Origin: a virus
Reading direction: 5' to 3' (one strand)
DNA length: 64,000 bases
Virus record (IMG/VR): IMGVR_UViG_3300034107_000314
Coordinates: 1 to 64,000 of that record
A model generated the notes under the pieces. It did not search any database, was not told the DNA's origin, and saw nothing but the letters and a program-made list of their open reading frames with translations. Numbering within the stretch: position 1 is the stretch's first letter; every line of letters starts with the position of its first letter. The position numbers and the translations under genes are program-made. Shown here one piece after another: positions 22,001-30,455 of the stretch.

Positions 22001-23379
22001 GAAATGTTACAGACCCATTGAATTACGTATACGTTTATGAACGCGATGCTAGGACTAATAGATATTTATACATGCAAAGAATATCTCCAACTATAGATTT
22101 AACTAAAGATCAGTATCAATCATTAACATCTGATGCATATATACTAACTTCAAATTTGTCATATGATAATACCACAAATGACAGCGCTACGTTAACATCA
22201 GATTTATATGGTAAATATGATATCTATGATAATTCATTAATCGTAAGAGATTATAACGAACATGCATATTTTGTATACAACTCCAATGATAATAAATTTA
22301 TTTGCAGAAGTCACAATTTAGTATCAGATACAGATCTGCTAACTACTTTTGGTGTATTGAGAATGAGGCCCAGTAGCTCGTCTCTATCTAATGGATCTAC
22401 GGGCGAATTCATTGAATCGTTAGAAGTCATGGAAGGAACTCAATTTTTATCAACTGCTAGAATTATCACTAAATCATACCAGAATCCAAATTATTTACCT
22501 CTATTTATGAAAACTACAGAGGGTTATAGTTCTGGCGAATTATATTTAAGTACATATGGTAATTTATTATATGATCCTAAACCTACTGGACTTAGTTTAT
22601 ATATTCAATCTCCACAGCCGCATACGGGTGGAATGACACTATTTGCTAAACAATACGATGAATATGCTAGCGGTATGAATTTATTTTTAAAAGCTATTGA
22701 ACCATACAGCACAGGATTTCCGTTATTTATTAAAAGTAACTTCACTGAAACTGAATTTACACTTGTAATGAATCCAAATTTTGTTAATTATTTTCCATTA
22801 TATCTCAAAACATTTGAAGCTCAAACTCTAGAATTTGATTCAAGTGGAAATCCTACAGGAAATACTATTGAAATTGAATTAGAGGATATTGGATTCAACG
22901 AAGGATCATTTGATCTATTTATTGAAAACTACCATACGGGCGTTCCTAATGGGTGGAATAATATGAATCTCGCCATGAAGACATACCCTTATATGGATTT
23001 TGGTAGAAATTTAAATTTAACAATAGGTCAAAGTCCACCAGTAGCTTCTAGTGGTTTAGAGTTATTCCTTTGCAATCCTAGTGGCACTACACCTAATTCT
23101 AGCGGAGGAAGCTTTGGTATATCTAATTTGTATTTACAAGGGCCAGAACGAGTAAATGGCTACGATTATTCAAATTCAATTAATTTATTTATGAAAAGAA
23201 TTATGGATGTCGAAATGCCTTTATTTGTGTATAATACATATACTAGTGGAGGATTAGATACTTATATACGTGGTGGTATACCTTTTACTGGGGGAATGGA
23301 TCTATATATGTCTGGAGTATCATCTCCTATTAATACTTCAGATTCTGGAACACTTTATATAGCTGGGACTGTATTATAA
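19012..23379 (+). CDS. Large tail-associated protein (FG-GAP-like propeller motifs, C-terminal short repeats)
   Basis: ITSSGHGL.TGD.I.I domain, repeated (F/Y)G..V..D....IIG.P motifs, and ~20 hxL(F/Y)h repeats at the C-terminus. Confidence 0.6.
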   Translation: MDHKTSARGLGLNIRGLDVRSGILSTMPLRVQAENATYIPHKNNTDFTVSNPALINYTPSGIANIILNDFSSNKYDSFFSSNQGKNSNEYELECSWYINDIDIEDDIAIVGTRDWTSTEKYTTIKYYPTIVSTDVISNVAIQKTEDVEDNIVTCNIYNWTVNWATASLTYGSGYVIINSFNCDGSQTTTPIYLPPGSTGSLSSSSTAKPTYSLNGSWTNDPLDPGGFINSGLLSSETITTSCPIDTYRYTDTNYRNRKYCLKNTFSHYVPNADYPDIDVFTYFNIKNLNSIFQKPKYLNNRPADKNVQGNQLSSNTPLGKYPTYPKEFPDYSDIFIQVDYVKSTGGLSTLTDNIVITSGMDSRYIYTFGGFLSYSDYTLKCSTLSRSNYSTKSKDLIADDEDYKWYMVYRDTSGDYEFLTLSSYIIPSSVLTTSALNTNFSKVPLVDNRFHKIFNPPVDIGNKLDPTTGGTYLVENSVISADSIKVIKVANYGNCGKVDIYTKKNGNVLSISGNQITSSGHGLNTGDSIKITSALNSTSGLTPFNGIRYVSGVSSDKFAIYLDQNFKTPISGTVRSTSGILWSALDKSNWKYNGTLYSPQGKNGYGFSSKLRLVSETGVESSNIVDRAIESSTTDDTFTKPQAYLNSWVSWNNFYPFERATSSEASITLENGNKFGADCQISKVSDNNYVLMITEPGAEVSFKIFDDFIISSQSTSPTQSTEPLPNNQFVIPNFLPQGRVHFYKMTKSPYSIEYMTSVAATGNPWKAYEDLNQAHKSKSNIDSYTNYPISVEKVKSNYSITYDNYWLGAKYYSWKNSQYILDTTYGIEVPDQSNSINRYAFSDSFGKAAAFDLDASNNHLYCVATTNVKNSDYKNSLRVFEVDCLAEAFSINLTNTGISSLSGISNQSSFFSSLAQEHSNEISKYGSNVDFDDSRLIIGWPSDKRGLEYLYIYDRIGSGYEPIQTITSGGNNNFGEYFVADNDFLVTNRYSDIDDSGNVTDPLNYVYVYERDARTNRYLYMQRISPTIDLTKDQYQSLTSDAYILTSNLSYDNTTNDSATLTSDLYGKYDIYDNSLIVRDYNEHAYFVYNSNDNKFICRSHNLVSDTDLLTTFGVLRMRPSSSSLSNGSTGEFIESLEVMEGTQFLSTARIITKSYQNPNYLPLFMKTTEGYSSGELYLSTYGNLLYDPKPTGLSLYIQSPQPHTGGMTLFAKQYDEYASGMNLFLKAIEPYSTGFPLFIKSNFTETEFTLVMNPNFVNYFPLYLKTFEAQTLEFDSSGNPTGNTIEIELEDIGFNEGSFDLFIENYHTGVPNGWNNMNLAMKTYPYMDFGRNLNLTIGQSPPVASSGLELFLCNPSGTTPNSSGGSFGISNLYLQGPERVNGYDYSNSINLFMKRIMDVEMPLFVYNTYTSGGLDTYIRGGIPFTGGMDLYMSGVSSPINTSDSGTLYIAGTVL

Positions 23380-25562
23380 TGAGTAAAGTAAGTGTGCTAT
23401 TTGCAGGACAGGAAATTATATTAGAATATGGCTTTGCCTCATCTATACAAAAAGATTTTAATAGAGCTGATGATGGAACTATCTTAACTGAAAAACACTC
23501 TTTAAATCTTAAAGGATCTTTTACGGCAACTGGAAATACAGCTGAAACAAGATATTTAAACTTGCTACAAAAATCGGTAGACTATGCTGATTTTAAGGGT
23601 GGCAAGCTAATTGATCGTTTAGTTAGTTTACAAGGTGGCCCACTCAATGTTGTAAAAATGAAATTAAATGGATCTGTATATGAGCAAGATGGTGATGCTA
23701 TAATCACATATCCGTATGCAGAACTTATGAGTGTTAATATATCTGAACCACCTGACGATACCGCTGGTATTCATTTTCAAGAAATCACTTTAGTTTTCGA
23801 ATCAATTACTCCACCAACAGATAGTATTGCGGTCAAATATAAATTAAAATCTGCTGCTGAAAGTTTTGAGATAAAAAAAGAAGAAGATAAGATGTCATAT
23901 TTTATTATGACAATAAGTAATGATGATTATGTGAGGAATGTCGAAAAAGATCCGTACTACTCATATAGTATCACACATACATTATCGGCTCAAGGATTGA
24001 CTGTTATATATGATAAAAGTAATGCTTTTCCATTTGCAACCAATGCAACCACTAAAGACTTCTTAAACGCAGGCTCTCCTACTAATCCCCAAAGTGTTAA
24101 TAATCAAAAATATGAAGCTTTTTATCAAGCTTATAAATATGTTAATGAAAAGAAAAAAGATAGTTTAGTTGATGTTGCTATATCTACAGATATACATGGT
24201 AGGCCATTTGTAGGCTCAAACATCTTCAATCCATTAGCTTGGGTAGTCACAAGTACAAGTGGGGCAGCTGTATCAGAGTCAACATTTAGAACTACTGATT
24301 TTAAAAAGCAAAATTCTGGAGCTGGAACTGAATACTTTGCCCCAGAATATCCAGAAGTTACTGGGGAACTACAGGCTTCAGGCGCTTTAATCAGTAAAAC
24401 GCTTTGGAATGCTGCATCGGGAGCTGTACACGCCACAGGGCTTTATGGTAAGGGCCGCTATGGTGAATATAATATAGTTAGATCATCGAATGTTGATATA
24501 GTTGGTGGTCAATATTCAATGACAACTAGTTATTTTTATTCCCGAAATCCCGCCACTATTGAAATTAATGGAGTTTTTGAAAAGGGCGAAGATGGAGACG
24601 ATACTATTCGCGTTGAAGGCACAATACAAGGTTTAGATTCTATGGGCGTAGACTCAGATAGAACTAATAAATTTAAAAATGCGCAGACACTTTTTAAACG
24701 CATTATATATGATGGATCTATTAAAACCGGAAGCACTCCAACTTCATATTACACTAAGACCAATCAAAACAATGATCCCAAAAAATATGATACAGTATTA
24801 CCAATATACCCACAGCCAACTGGATCTCCTTATTTAAGCGGAGCAACACTTAATTATGCAGTAGGTACTGGAAATATCACAGGTATGAATATGACTGGGA
24901 TATTAAAAGATAGCGGTACATATAGCACCCAAAGCACGTGGTTTACTGATAAAGTAATTAAACCTTGGGCGTATGGCACTATGATTTACGCATTTGCTAA
25001 CGATGTATTTACTAATAATTCATATTCTCATTATTATGGTATTGATAATGTATTAGACTACAGGCCAACAACAACTTCTATTACCGAAAATAAAATTGCT
25101 GGTACTATACAGTTTAGCGCTACATACAAGGGGATATCTGAAAAAACAAGAGCTTTAAAAAATGCTATGGGTGCATTAACAGTTTCTTTAAACGTACAAG
25201 ATAATAATTATGTTGCGGGAGTTGAGGACACAGAATTAGGATTTTCATATACTTCAATGAGGCAAATTGCAATTGTTCCAGTTATTGGAAGAAAAGAAGG
25301 TCCAATTATACAAAATATGGGTACTACAAAAGAAATGGTAAGAACGGTAACTCTTGAAGCTACTTATGGCGCTGAATATAGATATCCAACAGCACCAGTC
25401 GTCGCAACTGGATTAATGGTATCTAAAATGTTTGCGCCTTCAGGAAAACTTTCTGGACCCGGAAAACCCGATGTAGTTCCATATTTAACAGATTTGCAAT
25501 ATCAATGGGATTGGCCCAATGGTAAACTTTCAATGACAACAGCTTGGACATTTACACCATGA
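23379..25562 (+). CDS. Putative distal tail/tail-tip protein
   Basis: Synteny after the TMP; beta-rich 727-aa ORF. Confidence 0.5.
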   Translation: MSKVSVLFAGQEIILEYGFASSIQKDFNRADDGTILTEKHSLNLKGSFTATGNTAETRYLNLLQKSVDYADFKGGKLIDRLVSLQGGPLNVVKMKLNGSVYEQDGDAIITYPYAELMSVNISEPPDDTAGIHFQEITLVFESITPPTDSIAVKYKLKSAAESFEIKKEEDKMSYFIMTISNDDYVRNVEKDPYYSYSITHTLSAQGLTVIYDKSNAFPFATNATTKDFLNAGSPTNPQSVNNQKYEAFYQAYKYVNEKKKDSLVDVAISTDIHGRPFVGSNIFNPLAWVVTSTSGAAVSESTFRTTDFKKQNSGAGTEYFAPEYPEVTGELQASGALISKTLWNAASGAVHATGLYGKGRYGEYNIVRSSNVDIVGGQYSMTTSYFYSRNPATIEINGVFEKGEDGDDTIRVEGTIQGLDSMGVDSDRTNKFKNAQTLFKRIIYDGSIKTGSTPTSYYTKTNQNNDPKKYDTVLPIYPQPTGSPYLSGATLNYAVGTGNITGMNMTGILKDSGTYSTQSTWFTDKVIKPWAYGTMIYAFANDVFTNNSYSHYYGIDNVLDYRPTTTSITENKIAGTIQFSATYKGISEKTRALKNAMGALTVSLNVQDNNYVAGVEDTELGFSYTSMRQIAIVPVIGRKEGPIIQNMGTTKEMVRTVTLEATYGAEYRYPTAPVVATGLMVSKMFAPSGKLSGPGKPDVVPYLTDLQYQWDWPNGKLSMTTAWTFTP

Positions 25563-28500
25563 TTAAAATAGATGAACCTATTATGTTCTTAGGAGCTTAT
25601 GTAACAAGCGTAAGTTTAAATGGAAACTGGGGAAGTAGAAGTAGTCAATGTAATATCACTCTTGTTGAACAAAATCCAGACCCTTCAGGCGTAGAAGATA
25701 GATTTGGAAACGTAGCTGATCCTAAAAAAATTGGTAAAAAAATTGATGATATACAGTTTGCTCCAGCCACAGGATATCCAACAATTGGAACCGCTTGTAA
25801 ACTAACCATCGAAGATCCGACAGGAGAATCAGAACCTTTTGTTTTTGTTGGAACCTTACAGAGATGGGGATATGAAGAAGATCCATCCGCTGGTAGAAAA
25901 TATGACGTTACCCTTGAATCTCCCGGAGAGTTTCTAGATAATGTTCATGTTATCTTAAATAAATGGCATGGATATGCTTATACAAGCGACCTTAATTTAA
26001 ATCCTCCAACTCTTAAGCCTTTATTTACATACGCTTCTACAACACAAGAAGATGATGTTGTAAGAGATGTAACAGGTAAAGCAAAGATTGATCCAGTTAC
26101 ACGCCAATTATATCCAAAAACTGGAATTCTATACACTCCTTCAAATGTCATTAATTTATTTGCATATAAAGAGAATGTCCAGAAAGGTGGATTGAATGCG
26201 GTGGGTGGTAAATTTGGTGCTTCAGATATTACTACTCAGGGTTATCCATTAGCTACAATTTTAGAAGATATGAGAGATTGTTGTAATGTCAAATTACAGC
26301 ATCCATTTGGCGGTAAATTAACATTATCAGAAACAGAATATGATTTAGATTTATCTGGATTTCAAGATGCTATGAAAGAAATAGGAGATCTAAGAGTAGA
26401 GGGCGATACTTCGACCTTAACTCAAATCATAGATCTTATAGCTGAAAAATCTTTACATAATTATTATGTTTATATTGATGAACCTCTATATCCAGTTAAT
26501 CCTCCGACAGCCAATGAAATTAAACTTGGTGTTATGCGAGAAGCTTCTATTAAATTTAAATTGATAACAAGAAAAGAACCTCTTGAACCCAAAGCTATAG
26601 AAAATTTAGTTAAAGAATATTTAAGACTAGATAGTCCAGCTCGAATTTTAAAAAGTTACAAATTAGGTCAAGAATCTACATCTAAATTAGTTACTCAAAA
26701 AATGATTATCGGTGGGCCAGCAAGTAGAACTTGGGTAGCTAATAAAGAACATATTTTACCTATTTGGGGACAAAAGGGGTATGGTAAAAATGCATTTTAC
26801 TATTATGGTAATAGCGTAGATGAGTATTATAATATGTTTTCTCCAATCACTGTTACTGCTGACGCTATAAGCATGACAAGAGAAAGGCCAACTACTACTA
26901 ATGTTCAAGAGGGTGATTTCTTAAGCTATCAAACAAATTTACTAGAGATGAGATTAGCTTTAGCGAATGATAGAAATGCATGGAATATATACCATAAACT
27001 ATTTGCCTTAGCATTGAAAGAAGCTGAGATAGGTGGATACTTACCTGCATTCTATGAGACATATAATTATAATTCGCCAATTGCATTGGTTGCAGCGTTT
27101 GGCTCTTTTAATAAAGTAAAAGACCTAGAGCAAATATTTGATGGACGTAATAGTACTCATGATTTAATGGATACTAGTTTCCAGTCAGCAGAAATAAGAA
27201 CATCTTATATGTTTGGAACTAAAGATGCACAGATAGATTATTTACAAAGGGCAATTAATACAAGATGGAATGCGATTTCAGCAGTTGCAAAAACTATGTA
27301 CGGGAGACAGTTTTTAGTTGCTGTTCCGTCTGAACCGGGTGGAGTTGAAAATAACTTCCGATGGAATGTTGCCGATCAAGAACCTAACTATGTATGGCAA
27401 ACTACAGGATCTGCTTGGGCTGGTGAACAAATAATTGATTATATTCCAGATGCATCATTTTATAGTAAAGGAATGGGTGATTTAAAACCAACCGTTACAT
27501 ACCCTTTGTTTAATTATGAGGGATACGCTTCTGGGGGAATCAGAGATTATAGCACTGCTGTATTGGCAGATTATAGTGCTTTTGGATCGCAATATGCTGT
27601 GATTGATTATCAAAGTAAACCACCTTCTGGTGCATGGGATAGGAAAGCCATTACTACCTATGCTGGAGGTCTTAGAATTGATCAGGAATGGGGAACTCGA
27701 TACTTTGACGTTACTAAAATGAAAATCGATTTAAAAGGTTTGCCAGAAAAAAATAAAGTAACTGGTAAGATCACCAAGACTAATAATGTTTATGGATTTG
27801 TAAAAGTAGACGTACCTCCTGTAAAAGTATATGATGAATACACAACCCAAGTAAATGCCTTTGGAGTTCTGGCTCAGTTAATTTTTAGAGATAATTCATT
27901 GATAGGTAAGAAAGCTAGAGTTGGTTATTACAATATGTTTGGCAGTGAGAATGTAGTTGATAATGCAGAAATACCCCCTTCTATGATGCCGCCTATGCTT
28001 ATTAGTATTCCACAGCAAAGTACAAGATATGTATGGGGTCCGTGGTGGGCATTTAGTGATTTTTCTGGTATACAAAAAATTGATCCTAAAGCTAAGCCTG
28101 ATGAAAAAGAGAAACTCATAGCTGCCGCAGATAAAAAAGCAAGAGAGGCTAGAAAAGGAACTCTTAGCTTTGAAGTCAAGCCAGAAATAACGCCAGAAGT
28201 TTTTGGATCTACTGCGATAATGTATACTGAAATGCAAAAATTATGTACAGCCGATTTAACAAAATTGCATTCTGCGGAAACTGGATATATTGAATTAGCA
28301 CAATTTCCTAAATTTAAACTTGGAGACGCTTTGAAAAATGGACCAGCCATTAAGGACATGTCTATTAGTATAAGCGATGCTGGAATTTCTACAACATATA
28401 GTTTTACTAATTGGACAGACGTAGATAGATCTCAAATGTCAAAATATAATTTTTCAAGACTGATGGCTGCAAATAGACTAAAATTTGACAAGAAATCGGA

Positions 28501-28924
28501 AAACGACCAAGCGATTGCAGAAAGACGAGCTTCATTAAAGCCAGTCAATGAAACATTATTAAAATCTATGCATCAATTAAGATTTGATCAGCTTAAGCAT
28601 TCTAATAATGGTGTTTTTTGTAGTATGCAAAACACTATGTGGAGATCGTTAAACCAACCCCAGCCCGGAGATAAGGATTATGATAAATATCCTGTAGTAA
28701 ATGCGCACTCTTCATCTACTGAATCAGCGATGAAATCAATTGGATTAAGTCCTGAAGAAAGTTTTGGATCGTCTTTTGAACAGTCGCATTCTCCAGCTTA
28801 TATTTGGGATCAAAGATTTCCCGAAGCGCATAAAGTATTATTTAACGAGGGGATTGTTAAAGGTTTTGATAATGAAATGCCCCCTTATCCACCACCTCCT
28901 CCAGCACCTACCGCAGGACAATAA
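25559..28924 (+). CDS. Putative baseplate hub/Tal-like tail-tip protein
   Basis: ATGA overlap at 25559; N-terminal FLGA.V.S......G...S.C.ITLVE...F.G.LQ.W......G..Y.V.L.SP hub-like pattern. Confidence 0.55.
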   Translation: MIKIDEPIMFLGAYVTSVSLNGNWGSRSSQCNITLVEQNPDPSGVEDRFGNVADPKKIGKKIDDIQFAPATGYPTIGTACKLTIEDPTGESEPFVFVGTLQRWGYEEDPSAGRKYDVTLESPGEFLDNVHVILNKWHGYAYTSDLNLNPPTLKPLFTYASTTQEDDVVRDVTGKAKIDPVTRQLYPKTGILYTPSNVINLFAYKENVQKGGLNAVGGKFGASDITTQGYPLATILEDMRDCCNVKLQHPFGGKLTLSETEYDLDLSGFQDAMKEIGDLRVEGDTSTLTQIIDLIAEKSLHNYYVYIDEPLYPVNPPTANEIKLGVMREASIKFKLITRKEPLEPKAIENLVKEYLRLDSPARILKSYKLGQESTSKLVTQKMIIGGPASRTWVANKEHILPIWGQKGYGKNAFYYYGNSVDEYYNMFSPITVTADAISMTRERPTTTNVQEGDFLSYQTNLLEMRLALANDRNAWNIYHKLFALALKEAEIGGYLPAFYETYNYNSPIALVAAFGSFNKVKDLEQIFDGRNSTHDLMDTSFQSAEIRTSYMFGTKDAQIDYLQRAINTRWNAISAVAKTMYGRQFLVAVPSEPGGVENNFRWNVADQEPNYVWQTTGSAWAGEQIIDYIPDASFYSKGMGDLKPTVTYPLFNYEGYASGGIRDYSTAVLADYSAFGSQYAVIDYQSKPPSGAWDRKAITTYAGGLRIDQEWGTRYFDVTKMKIDLKGLPEKNKVTGKITKTNNVYGFVKVDVPPVKVYDEYTTQVNAFGVLAQLIFRDNSLIGKKARVGYYNMFGSENVVDNAEIPPSMMPPMLISIPQQSTRYVWGPWWAFSDFSGIQKIDPKAKPDEKEKLIAAADKKAREARKGTLSFEVKPEITPEVFGSTAIMYTEMQKLCTADLTKLHSAETGYIELAQFPKFKLGDALKNGPAIKDMSISISDAGISTTYSFTNWTDVDRSQMSKYNFSRLMAANRLKFDKKSENDQAIAERRASLKPVNETLLKSMHQLRFDQLKHSNNGVFCSMQNTMWRSLNQPQPGDKDYDKYPVVNAHSSSTESAMKSIGLSPEESFGSSFEQSHSPAYIWDQRFPEAHKVLFNEGIVKGFDNEMPPYPPPPPAPTAGQ

Positions 28925-28927
28925 AAA

Positions 28928-30454
28928 ATGACAAGTTTTGCTTCAGGATATAGAAATGATTTATGGACTTCTAGGGGCATTGTACCTATTACTGGTGAAA
29001 ATGCACAGACTATAGAAGAAAGATTAAGAAGTGTATCTTTCGACCCTACAAAGATGTATCCCAGTACAGAAACCCCAACACCATATAACAAACACTTCTC
29101 TTCTGGTGTGTTCTTTCAATTTAATACATCGCCCACTTCTTTTGACCTTGACCCTTATTTCTTTTTTGCTAAGAATGATTATTCTATCACTGTTAGATCA
29201 GGGAAATCAAAAGATATCAACCATAAAAAGGAATCTGCAAGTGCTACTCATAGCGTACAAGCAATGGTACACAAAGGGCCACTCTATCTTTCTGGGTGGG
29301 GATATGATATAGCTGGCTTGCCAGTGCCTTCTAGTGGTATATTGCAAGATAGCCGTATCTTTGATCCTAATACTGCCATTGAACGTAGATTATGGAAAAC
29401 TGGCCCTGTTGACTTAAGATGGGATGACGATAGAAAAGTGTGGGTTGGTGGCCCTGAAATTATCGAAGGCAAAATGATGACTTCATTGCCAGCAGGAGAT
29501 TTTGAAACTCCAACTACTGGCTCAGGAGTGATATATAGGATTAAAAAAAATACCCTTGGTACAAAAATTGTATTTTCTAGTTTTAACATAGAACGTAATG
29601 AATCTGGATTTTATAAACCTGATCCATTTGGAATACCAGTAAACGATGTAAGATCTGGTGTGCCAGAGATTGTAACATTGTACAATAGAAATAACAAAGT
29701 TACCTTAGCCTCTGGTGAATATTTCTCTGCAATGAAAATTAATTATGAATGGCGGGTAATGGGTGGAGGCGGTGGAGGAAATTGTATTGTGGGTAAATTT
29801 AAAAAATTAAATTGCTCTGTTCCAACAGTTGTTAAAACCACTGTTCCTTCATTTACATTACGCAAGAAAACTATTTCTAATGCTAGCACTTATGAAATTA
29901 AATTTGATAATATAGGTACAACAAGAGTATTTTATTTTCAAACAGATCAGATATATTTAAAAGATCTTATTCCGTCTGATGCAGCCGGAGGAAAGGTTGT
30001 TTCATCTCTTGGAACTGTAGATATCACACAAACAGTCAATGGAAATGGATTACCGTATAGCGGCTATTTTGCACTTTCGGCTTTTAGAAATTGCGAGATG
30101 AGTAGTGATGTCTATACATTTAAATTTCCTAATAGTGGAGATTATGTAGATTTAGGCACTACTCAGCCAGATGGTACTACTGCCAATGGAGTAGCTACGT
30201 TGGTAAGCTATAAACAATTAAATAAATTATTTGACTGTCCTCAAAGTAATGATAATTTTGGAATTGTCACAGATGATCAAACAGGTAGTGAATATTTTGC
30301 AATGCATCCATTTAAATTTATTAAACACGATGTACGTGTCATAGCTTGCGGTTCTAATATAGAAGTTATCTGTAATAACACTAGGAAAACTGCACATGTA
30401 ATTACAGAAGTGGATGATTGTGCGAATGCAGGAACCTCTGTAAGTAGAGAATAA
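28928..30454 (+). CDS. Tail-tip/spike-associated protein
   Basis: GPVDLRWD..RKVW motif, poly-Gly linker, Cys-containing C-terminal half. Confidence 0.5.
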   Translation: MTSFASGYRNDLWTSRGIVPITGENAQTIEERLRSVSFDPTKMYPSTETPTPYNKHFSSGVFFQFNTSPTSFDLDPYFFFAKNDYSITVRSGKSKDINHKKESASATHSVQAMVHKGPLYLSGWGYDIAGLPVPSSGILQDSRIFDPNTAIERRLWKTGPVDLRWDDDRKVWVGGPEIIEGKMMTSLPAGDFETPTTGSGVIYRIKKNTLGTKIVFSSFNIERNESGFYKPDPFGIPVNDVRSGVPEIVTLYNRNNKVTLASGEYFSAMKINYEWRVMGGGGGGNCIVGKFKKLNCSVPTVVKTTVPSFTLRKKTISNASTYEIKFDNIGTTRVFYFQTDQIYLKDLIPSDAAGGKVVSSLGTVDITQTVNGNGLPYSGYFALSAFRNCEMSSDVYTFKFPNSGDYVDLGTTQPDGTTANGVATLVSYKQLNKLFDCPQSNDNFGIVTDDQTGSEYFAMHPFKFIKHDVRVIACGSNIEVICNNTRKTAHVITEVDDCANAGTSVSRE

Positions 30455-30455
30455 A

